Notes under the pieces: model-generated
Told to the model about the DNA's origin: nothing
The model's input: the letters and a program-made list of their open reading frames with translations, nothing else
Database searches by the model: none
From: Octopus vulgaris
Taxonomy: Eukaryota
Direction of reading: 5' to 3'
Length of the DNA stretch: 64,000 bases
Assembly: GCA_951406725.2 (NCBI GenBank)
Contig: OX597817.1
Location: 161,944,001-162,008,000 of the forward strand
Translations under genes and position numbers: made by a program
Shown: piece after piece, positions 53,784 through 64,000 of the stretch
Layout of the letters: every line of letters starts with the position of its first letter
How positions within the stretch are numbered: position 1 is the stretch's first letter

Positions 53784-54625
53784 TATATATATTACACATG
53801 CGCGAGTCCCCCCCACACACACACTCACACATTGAGGAATTACGTCCAGTATATCTTTATCCAGTGTCTTTCCTTGGCAGTTGGACTGGGATCAGCAACT
53901 TTCTGTAATCGACCCACCTCATTCCACACGTCTGTGTATGCGCATACGTGTGTGTGTGTGTGTGTGGATGAACTTGTACTCATGGAGGGAATATGTACGT
54001 CTCTAATACACAAGTGTATGCCAGCTTCATTTATGTATGCATGTATGCATGTATACAATATAGCCTTCAGCTTTTTTCTTTTCATTTTTAAATCTGTCTC
54101 TCATCATCACTTCTAATTAAAACAGTTCATTGCTGCAACATTCTTAACAAACGATCCCCCGAATGTCAGCATAAACAACAGGCCTGACATAGTAATCTAA
54201 GACAAATACGAATATAAAAAGGAAAAGAAGAGAAAAAGACTCTCTGTATCTGGGAATGATGCGAAATTATCCAGTGTCATAATTTATTATTTTTGACAGT
54301 TGCTTCGTTACAATAGAATGTTACCAAATATTTCAACAAATGATTTTTAACCAGTGTGCTTTTGAGGGTGAAAATGGGGGTAAAAAAAAAGCCTACGTAA
54401 TACATGTTCAAAAAGTTGTATTTGTTAACGAGAAAATGGTGATATGTAATACAGGTTTGAAGTTCCGTATGTGATACTAGGCAGTGGTTTTGTTAGAATT
54501 CCTAAAGAGGAATTTATTCCTTAGTTAGAAGCCAGTGTATTCTTGATTCAAAGAATTTCTAGAATATAAGAGACAGATGTATATAGGCAGGCAAATCTGA
54601 AGCAGACTTGGAGCAGAGAGGGCAT

Positions 54626-54666
54626 GTCACTGATGAGATCGCAAATGGTGACGAAAAGACTTTGAC
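54626..54666 (+). ncRNA. Degenerate hammerhead motif
   Basis: GTCA-CTGATGA-GATCGC aaatg GTGAC-GAAA-AGACTT-TGAC. Confidence 0.4.
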
Positions 54667-54695
54667 TAACCTAGTTAACTGATTGACTGACTGAC

Positions 54696-54734
<39 letters not shown>

Positions 54735-54871
54735 CTGACCAAACGATTAATCAAACAATCGATGAGTTAATTGGCTAAACGGTTAACTAATTGAGGAATC
54801 ATAATAAAAGAAATAAAATAGAACCAGTTTGTGTTTAGTATTGGCAAAATGACTCTCTTGAGATACTACAA

Positions 54872-54974
<103 letters not shown>

Positions 54975-54984
54975 TATATATATA

Positions 54985-55200
54985 GGGTGAGTTTACGAAA
55001 AAAAACAAAAGACGAAGACAGGTGGTGTACAAAACAAACAGATGTATTAGTATAACGCTCAGGAATAGAAAAAGTTTTTTTACGTTTCGAGCCTACGCTC
55101 TTCTACAGAAAGGGACACAGAAAAAAACAAGGAGAGAAACAAGGAGGGGAAAAAAAAACAAGGAGAGAAAAAATGTGTATAGTGGCTAACGATCTATCAT
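54985..55200 (-). mobile_element. Penelope-like fragment family P1 with an HHR-like motif at 55078-55112
   Basis: Reverse complement of ~13790-13975; adjacent to (TA)n. Confidence 0.6.
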
Positions 55201-55893
55201 CTTAGAATAAGAAATAGAAAGTCCTCAGTACAGTATTATATATTTGAAAAAAATGAAGAGAAATAGCTTTTCTCATAATTTTCCCACTTTAATATGGAAA
55301 AATTATCAGAAAAGCCATTTCTATTCAAGTTTTAATATGTGTGTGTATGTGTGTGTATGTGTGTGTGTGTATGTGTGTGTGTGTGTGTGTGTAGGGTGGG
55401 TAAAAAGTAAGTAGGCATTAACAAATTGGTAATAAAATCCATATTCCTTTTACAAATGTATTGAAACAAATGATACATGTTCTTTATTACATGGGAAAAT
55501 GAAAGTAAATCTTCATATTTCATAATGCGTTCCCAGAGTATATAGAACATAGGGGGAAATACCAATACGGAATGTATACTAAAATCGTGAAGCATGTTAT
55601 GTAATAACAGGCTAATCAGGTATGAGATAATAACAATTCAAAGTAAATAACTCTGAAAAGGGATTTTGTGCGTTCCCAGAGAATATTACCCTCAGGGGTT
55701 TTAGTGTTGGTATATTTGTGAATAAGTCACTAATCGAAATAAGTGGATCTATTGTTTAGGAAAATACTATTTACTTGTTTAAGGGTTGTACTGGGTAAAT
55801 TGCGAAAATAACAGTTCAAATACTAAGAAATAAGCATACTCAATTTCATTTTTACCAAATAATTTAGGAAAATAAATGGGCTATTTCCCTTGG

Positions 55894-55945
<52 letters not shown>

Positions 55946-55948
<3 letters not shown>

Positions 55949-56119
55949 ATCCCTCCCAGGGGCGCTATTACCGATTTTTTTTCAACATTCTGAGTATGCC
56001 ATGAGGTTCCAGACATGAGTTCTACCCGCGTATCAGGTTTCATCAAAATCGATAAAACGATGTAGGAGGAATTAGCTAACAACTCCGTAAACACAACCAC
56101 AGACAGAATTTCCCACATC
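55946..56119. mobile_element. Possible Helitron/HINE-type fragment
   Basis: gtttcatcaaaatcg..aggagga..acagacag motifs. Confidence 0.35.
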
Positions 56120-56320
56120 TGTATGTATGTATGTACGTATGTATGTATGTATGTATGTATTGTATGTATGTATGTATGTATGTATGTATGTATGTATGTA
56201 TGTATGTATGTATGTATGTATGTATACATACATACATACATACATACATACATACATACATACATACATACATACATACATACATACATACATACATACA
56301 TACATACATACATACATACA

Positions 56321-56352
<32 letters not shown>
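56120..56352. repeat. (TATG)n(CATA)n palindromic microsatellite
   Basis: Polarity switches at tgtataca, ~56221-56228. Confidence 0.97.
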
Positions 56353-56356
<4 letters not shown>

Positions 56357-56724
56357 CTGTTCATTAAAATGTCCGTTAATCATTGTATGGTTGCCGGTCG
56401 CCTGCTCTAACCACATTTAGTTTAATGTAGAAAGTGAGTGTATTAGATTTCTTATACTATGTGAAGGAGAAGGCCGCCAGAGCTACAGTCGGACAATTTT
56501 TACTGTGTTAGTGTGATCATGTGTGTGTGTATAAGTGTACGAATATGTGAGTGTATGGAGTGTGTACATTTTACTGGTGTGTTAATATGAGAGTGTGTGG
56601 CTCTTATTGTGGAAAGTACATTAGTATATAGACGTACATTCAATAATGAGAGTCAAACATATATTGGTTTCAAATTTTGCCGCAAGGTCACTAATTTCGG
56701 AGAGAGGTGGTAAATCGATTGCCT

Positions 56725-56846
56725 CGACCCCAGTATTTATTCCATCGATATCTTTGGTCGAACCGTCAGTTACGTGGGCGTAAATACAACACCGATTGTC
56801 AAGTGGTGGTGGCGGACAAACACATAAACAAAGACACACACACACA

Positions 56847-56889
<43 letters not shown>

Positions 56890-57076
56890 GTATATATATA
56901 CATACATATATAAGACGGGCTTCTTTCAGTTTCCGTCTACCGAATTCACTCACTAGGCTTTGGTCGGCCCGAGGCTATAGTGGAAGACACTTGCCTAAGA
57001 TGCCACGCAGTGGTACTGAACCCAGAACCATGTGGTTGGTAAGCAAGCTTCTTACCACACAGCCACTCCTACGCCT
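56725..57076 (-). mobile_element. SINE B
   Basis: Family match. Confidence 0.85.
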
Positions 57077-57098
57077 ACATATTTATATATACATACAT

Positions 57099-57181
<83 letters not shown>

Positions 57182-57207
57182 CATGTGTGTGTGTGTGTGT
57201 GTGTGTG

Positions 57208-57363
57208 TACGACGGGCTTCTTTCAGTTTCTGTCTACCAAATCCACTCACAAGTCTTTGGTCGGTCCGAAGCTATAGTAGAAGATACTTGCCCAAGGTGC
57301 CACGTGGCGTGACTGAACCCGTAACAATGTGGTTGGGAAGCAAGCGTCTTACCACACAGCCAC
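57208..57363 (-). mobile_element. SINE B, 5' half
   Basis: Family match. Confidence 0.85.
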
Positions 57364-57539
57364 TATTTATAGTTTAAGTAGTGATGGGGTGGGGTGCTTA
57401 ACGAATACTGAACCGGATTTAAGATAAGACTGTTGTGTTGTGATTGGTTTATAATTTAATCCTGATAAAGATCAGCAGGGGTCGCTTTAGAGTGTGTAAC
57501 ATGGAGTTGAAGGAGATTGAAACTCTCTAAACGGTTGCC

Positions 57540-57952
57540 TTTTATCTTTTTCTTGTTTCAGTTATTGACTTCAGCTATACTGCGACACTGCCTCGACAGA
57601 TTAAGTCGGAAAATCGGCCCCCGTACTTTTTTAAAAATTAGGTAATTAGTCTATTGATTCTCTCCTTGCAGAACCGTTTAGTTACTGGACGTAAACGAAC
57701 CAACACCGGTTGCCAACTGGTGTTTGCCCGGACGGACAGACACAAGCAGAAAGGCACATGCACATATGCATGTATACACATATATATATGACGAGCTGCC
57801 ACAAAGTTTCCGTCAATCGAATTCATTAACAAGGCATTGCAAGGCCCAGGGATATAATAAAAGTAACCACCCGAAGTGCCGCGCACTAGGACTGTATCCG
57901 AAACCACGCAGTTGAAAATCGAACTTTTTAATCACACAACTATGTCTGCGCC
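57540..57952 (-). mobile_element. SINE B, old and diverged
   Basis: Family match with many substitutions. Confidence 0.7.
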
Positions 57953-58681
57953 TATTGTAAAAATAAAAATTATAATTTCCGCCTTTTTACGAAACAGATG
58001 TAAAGATCCTTTCTAACATACTTGAAGAGTCGTTAAATGTAACCAAGGACAGATTATCAATTGTTATATATTACAAAAGTGAACTGAACGGAAACAAAAC
58101 TGTAGGTTGCTGGACAAACTGTGTCGAATTATTTAGTTACACCTTTTCATGCTCTGAGTTCATATTTTACTCTGGCCATCTTTGCCTATCATTCTTCCAG
58201 AATCGATTAAAGGGCGTTTAAATATGTATCAGTCAAGTAGAGGTCGATTTCATTTTCTCTGATTCCTCCCTTATAATGTGTAGTCATGATCCTTTGTTGA
58301 AACCCAATGTATGTATGCATGTATGTATGCCTCTATATATGTATGCCTGCTTGTATGTATTTACGTACGTATGCATGTATGTATATTTGCTTCATCCCTT
58401 CTGAAGAAGGAGTAAGTAACTCTCCAGTTATAACTTAAATTTCAAATGCATTTGCTAATACCAGTTTAATACAAGTATATGTAAGGCACAATGCACACTT
58501 ACAAATCACCCAACCTCAGAAACAGCTGTAAAGTAAAGGCTTGATTTCCCTTCTCTCTTTTCTGCCATGTTAATGTACGAAATCTCCGGATATCTGCCAA
58601 TCTATAAAGAACCACAATGAACTTCCTTTTCCCCCCTGCTTTCTGCTTAATTATTTTTATATAATACTTTATAACTTTTAT

Positions 58682-59042
58682 TGTTTTATCTTTTACATGT
58701 TTCAATCATTGGACTGCGGCCATGCTGAGGCACCACCTTGAATTGACCCCAGTACTTAATTTAGTACTTATTCTATTGGTATCTGGTGCCGAACCGCTAA
58801 GTTACGTTGACGTAAACAAAACAATACCGGTTGTCAAGCCATGTTGGGACGAACAAGCATATACACAAAGATACACACACACATTGATATTGACAGAGAT
58901 GGGTTTCTTCCGTCTACCAAATCCACTCACAAGGCGTTGGTCGGCCCTGGGCTATAATAGAAGAAATTTGCGCAAGGTGTTACGCATTGGGACTGAACTC
59001 GGAGCCATGTGGCTGGTAAGCAAACTTCTCACACAGCCACGC
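58682..59042 (-). mobile_element. SINE B, diverged
   Basis: Family match. Confidence 0.78.
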
Positions 59043-59147
59043 TGTATAGCTTATTTATAAATGCTTTGATGCCATTACCAGCCTCCTGTCCATCGTTTAT
59101 TTTATCTTTGTTTGACTTCATTAAAGAGGTGTGACCCTGCTGCAAAA

Positions 59148-59340
59148 TGTTATAAGCGCAAAATGATCGCTGATTTCCTCGGCTGTGTGGTAAGAAGCTT
59201 GCTTCTCAACTAAATGGTCCTGAGTTCAGTCCCACTGTGTGGAACCTTGAGCGAGTGTCTTCTATTTTATCTCGGATCGACCAAAGCCTTTTGACTGGAT
59301 TTGGTAGACGGAAACTGAAAGAATCGCGTCGTGTATATAT
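59148..59340 (+). mobile_element. SINE B 5' half with an unusual 5' extension
   Basis: Extension and private variants shared with 61618-61800. Confidence 0.8.
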
Positions 59341-60179
59341 AATATGACCGTGTCTTGTGAAAGGTCAAAATAACAATATTTTGCCTTCAAAATATGGACT
59401 CAAATCCAATACCTTCGGAGGAAGGGGTCACATTTGCGGAGAAAACGTAACAGTACTGGATGTACGAAATAACATTCATGAATAGTTTTTATCCACGATT
59501 TCTAAATTTGTTTCGCCAGGTAAATTAATCATCGCTAATCACATTGTCGCCTAAGTTTCATCTTGGCGAGCATCCATCGACTTTCTATAATCCGTGTATG
59601 GATGCTGTCATCGTTTGGATCAACAAAACTGAGTGAATGGCTGACAAATTCATGAGTATAGAAGTTGCCGAGACACACATAAGAAACCGGATATCAATAT
59701 CGGATATCAAACGAATTTTATGAAATTCTGGTGACACTGTCATTTCCAGTTACAATCGCAACTTACTTTCATTTTTTTTAGGACAATATACTTTCACTAT
59801 TTTACTGCATGTAAATTGCATGACAACCTAATATTCTTTTTAAAATTACTGAATAAAACTGAAAATAAATAATTAGACTAATAAATGCTATACAAAAATA
59901 TATGAAAACAACGTATAAACAAACCTAACGCTGAAGCAAATACTATTTGGAGGTAAAAAATTTAAAGGATTAAAAATGAGTCCAAAAGTAAACAAGAAAA
60001 AGACTAGCTAACGTAAAGGAAAAACTGCCTCAAGTTTATATCAAACGATCAAGATCCGGTGATGAAGGAAAACGGTTTTCTAAGTACAGAAGATTAACTT
60101 GTTTTAATCAGGCTAATATGAAAAGACTAATGGGGAAAAAAATAAATCAAGATAGAATATCTTAAGAAATATATATGTG

Positions 60180-60273
<94 letters not shown>

Positions 60274-60371
60274 CAAGTAAACTTGATAAATAGAAGCTGC
60301 ATAAAATATATCTAAAATATATCTAGATTAAAACCGTATTATACACCTATATAAATATGTACATGTATGCA

Positions 60372-60490
60372 TGTGCGTGTGCGTATGCGCGTGTGCATAT
60401 GCGCGTGTGCATATGCGCGTGTGCATATGCGCGTGTGCATATGCGCGTGTGCATATGCGCGTGTGCATATGCGCGTGCGCATGTGTGTAT
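60372..60490. repeat. 14-bp minisatellite (GCGCGTGTGCATAT)n
   Basis: About 7 tandem units. Confidence 0.9.
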
Positions 60491-60756
60491 GCGTGTGTTC
60501 ATAAATACATATGCATGCACACATATGTATATACAGATATATGCGTATTACTATACGTACAAACATACACACACACCTGTAGCTATATACATATGTGTAT
60601 GCGTATATGCTGTGTGTATGCAGGAGTGTGCATGTGCATATGTGTTGTGTGCATATGTGTGTATATGTGTGCGTATATATATATAATATGAAGGAATATT
60701 ATTCCAAACTTACAGGGAAAAATTCAATTTAGAAATACTAAATCAAATTTCACAAA

Positions 60757-61143
<387 letters not shown>

Positions 61144-61617
61144 TATGTAATATATGTGTGTGTACGTATCTGTACCTATACTAATGTGAACATAACCTAA
61201 ATGAAAAAGAAAAAACTGACGGATATATATTCAAGTTACATATACAGTTTTTCCTCAGTTTACACGGAACTTAATTTTCCCAGATCCACTTTTGCGCGGT
61301 TTTTGTTTGGGGTGAACGTTTTCTTCTTTACATATACAGAAAAACCACTTCAGCGTTATACTACATCATTGGAACTACCGAGGAGTGAAGGATCTAACAT
61401 TGCAGGCCCTTATCCTTCATGTACTAGTAAGAGAAAGAAAGAGCGGTTGTCATATTAGTTGTAGAACAACAAAGTTACAAGAATGCTTTCTTCTCTCCCT
61501 TTCTCTTCCTTGGTATTTCACTATCTGACAAATGACTAAAATCCGAAACGTTAATCTTTTCCATCCTCGCTTGCAACTGGACTTATCAAACTCTCCTGAA
61601 TTCTCTTACATTTTACT

Positions 61618-61797
61618 TGTTATAAGCGCAAAATGATCGCTGATTTTCTCGGCCGGTAAGAAGCTTGCTTCTCAACCATATGGTCCTGAGTTCAGTCCCA
61701 CTGTGTGCAACCTTGGGCGAGTGTCGTCTATTTTATCCTCGGATCGACCAGAGCCTTTTGATTGGATTTGGTAGACGGAAACTGAAAGAAGCACGTC

Positions 61798-61876
<79 letters not shown>

Positions 61877-62612
61877 AGGGTTGGACAAAATAATGTAAAC
61901 ACCGTAAAATATCAAACAAATCTATTTCAATATGGGGTAGGACCGCCTTTGGCAGTAATTACACCTTGAATTCTACGAGGTATGAACTCGTACGAAGTTT
62001 GATTTGTTTTCAAATGATTTTTTGTCCATTCTTCAGCTAAAACAATCTCCAGTTCTTGTAGTGATGATGGTGGAGGATATCGATTCCTCACTAGTTTTTC
62101 TAAAATGCACCATAAATGTTCAATAATATTGAGATCTGGGGACTGTGGTGGCCAGATAAGATGTTCAACTTCACTTGAATGTTCCTCGTGCCATTCAGTA
62201 ACAACTTTAGCCGTGTGAATTGGTGCCTTATCATCCTGAAAGATTGCGTTTCCCTCCGGCAACAGTTCCGCAACCGTAGGGTGAATTTGATCAGATAAAA
62301 TGCTTAAATAGTCTTGACTAATCATTCTGTCACGAAGGGAAACCATTGGGCGGCGGATTTTCAAGATATAGCCCCCACCCCCAGATCATCATGAATCCTC
62401 CTCCATTTTAAACAGCTAGAAGAAAACAGTCTGGGTCAATTTTTGGCTGTCTCCACACGTATCTTAATGGTTCAGTGGAAAAGACCGATAGAATAAGTAC
62501 CAGGCTTTAAAAAATAACCCCTAAAGCTGATTTGTTTCACTAAAACCCTTCAAGGCGGTGCCCCAGCATGGCTGCTGTCAAAAATGAAAGAAAGAAGTAA
62601 AAGAAAAGAATA
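61618..62612 (+). mobile_element. SINE B split by a Tc1 remnant (5' half 61618-61800, 3' tail 62480-62612)
   Basis: Tail resumes at aagaccgatagaataagtac. Confidence 0.75.
61875..62465 (-). mobile_element. Tc1-like transposon remnant, transposase C-terminal half (DD36E spacing)
   Basis: ORF 61927-62364 FQDDKAPIH..WPPQSPDLNIIEHLW..KGGPTPY; terminal TA|CAAGGGTTGGACAAAATAATG within (TA)n. Confidence 0.88.
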
Positions 62613-62735
62613 AAAGCTAAACTATACATGTCTAAAAATCAGTTAAGATATAGAACAGTTTTTATATTACAGGCGCGTGCGCAAAGCAATGTCCAGGGAC
62701 CCATTAACTACAGCATACATAAATTAGCATTAGAG

Positions 62736-62890
62736 CAGGAGTTCTCGACCATTTTTACCTATGGACCCCTTTGATTCAATGCTTACTAGTTTTATAGAAA
62801 TTTGTTTCAAAATTCCTATATTGCTTTTCACACATAAATTATGTGAAATGTTAGCGTAAGAAACCTGTTTCAAGCATTACATACCAATAT
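62736..62890. mobile_element. Possible hAT-Charlie-like MITE end
   Basis: tagag|CAGGAGTTCTCGACC..ggacccc; the other end was not found. Confidence 0.3.
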
Positions 62891-62908
62891 ATACATACTT
62901 TTTAATTT

Positions 62909-63672
62909 CTTATTTCTTTATTGCCCACAAGGGTCTAAACACAGAGAAGACAAAGAGGGATAGACAAACGGATTAAGTCGATTATATCGAACCCAGTGCA
63001 TAACTGGTACTTATTTAATCGACCCCGAAAGGATGAAAGGCAAAGACGACCTCGGCGGAATTTGAACTCAGAACGTAGCGGCAGACGAAATACCTATTTC
63101 TTTACTATCCACAAGGGTCTAAACACAGAGAGGACAAACAAGGACAGACAAACGGATTAAGTCGATTGCATCGACCCCAATGCGTAACTGGTACTTATTT
63201 AATCGACCCCCGAAAGGATGAAAGGCAAAGACGACCTCGGCGGAATTTGAACTCAGAACGTAGCGGCAGACGAAATACCTATTTCTTTACTATCCACAAG
63301 GGTCTAAACACAGAGAGGACAAACAAGGACAGACAAACGGATTAAGTCGATTACATCGACCCCTTTTAATCGATCCCCGAAAGGATGAAAGGCAAAGACG
63401 ACCTCAGCGGAATTTGAACTCAGAACGTAGCGGCAGACGAAATACCTATTTCTTTACTATCCACGAGGGGCTAAACACAGAGAGGACAAACAAGGACAGA
63501 CAAACGGATTAAGTCGATTACATCGACCCCAGTGCGTAACTGGTACTTATTTAATCGACCCCCGAAAGGATGAAAGGCAAAGACGACCTCGGCGGAATTT
63601 GAACTCAGAACGTAACGGCAGCCGAAATAACACTAATCATTTCGCCCGGCGTGCTAACGATTCTGCCAGCTC
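62909..63672 (-). mobile_element. SINE A tetramer (one head, four units)
   Basis: Three aaatacctatttcttt junctions; private gcaaagAcgacc variant in all four units. Confidence 0.92.
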
Positions 63673-63674
63673 CC

Positions 63675-63742
63675 CCACCCCGCCACCATATATAAAAGCG
63701 TCACCCCGGGTGGAACGCCACTCGCCTCGCCGCCATCTAGCT
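63675..63742 (+). promoter_or_regulatory. Candidate Pol II core promoter
   Basis: GC box ccccgcc, TATAAAAG at 63691-63698, Inr-like CCACTC with A at 63720 (29 nt from the TATA start), YY1-like gccgccatct downstream. Confidence 0.35.
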
Positions 63743-64000
63743 GTGCTACCATTGTGATCGCATGTCTGTTCGATCATTGCTAAATTAGAGTTAAACAACA
63801 ACAACAACAACAACAACAGGAACAACAACAACGACGTCATGTCGGTATTCTTACGTCTAGACTGTGGTGTTGATGATTCAGTAGAAATCGATTATTATGC
63901 TTGATCCTGAAGTTAGTAGTAGGATGTATTAGGCAGTCTGCTACTAGTTAAAGTGCATGCGTGTGTCTTTTAGTCTTTCCACGTTCCTTCCTTAACCATA

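Noticed and set aside
55260-55322. Short imperfect hairpin as a pre-miRNA
   Set aside because: AT-rich, within repeat context and no recognisable mature miRNA.
58400-58430. CTGAAGA-AGGAGT..ACTCT as a hammerhead
   Set aside because: No GAAA box or cleavage triplet follows.
59345-60160. Possible DNA transposon
   Set aside because: No matching TIRs, TSD or coding motif could be identified.

Overview
Eukaryotic, AT-rich and extremely repeat-dense window. It is most likely intergenic or intronic DNA of a coleoid cephalopod (Octopus-like), inferred from the SINE repertoire and microsatellite load; no database search was run. No intact host protein-coding gene is supported, and most ORF-track entries are translated microsatellites or SINEs. 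Contents: more than 50 copies or fragments of at least five SINE types (labelled A-E here, A-D with tRNA-like heads); decayed LINE fragments (Tx1/L1-like, Dong/R4-like REL, RTE-like, L2/CR1-group); Tc1/mariner remnants (DD37D maT-like, DD36E Tc1-like); MITEs (pogo-, mariner-, piggyBac- and hAT-like); and Helitron/Helentron non-autonomous elements. The most interesting unannotated signal is a set of type I hammerhead-ribozyme (HHR) motifs: (i) a 130-bp tandem repeat at 7.9-8.2 kb with one HHR per unit inside a rod-like, G-U-rich fold (retrozyme-like); (ii) fold-back elements at 16.6 and 29.4 kb with one HHR on each strand; (iii) scattered minimal or variant HHRs, several in islands bounded by (TA)n tracts (Penelope-like). 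Also notable are head-once, body-repeated SINE multimers (one flanked by a single TSD) and (TAA)n-targeted elements. Coordinates were read by eye and may be off by a few bases.
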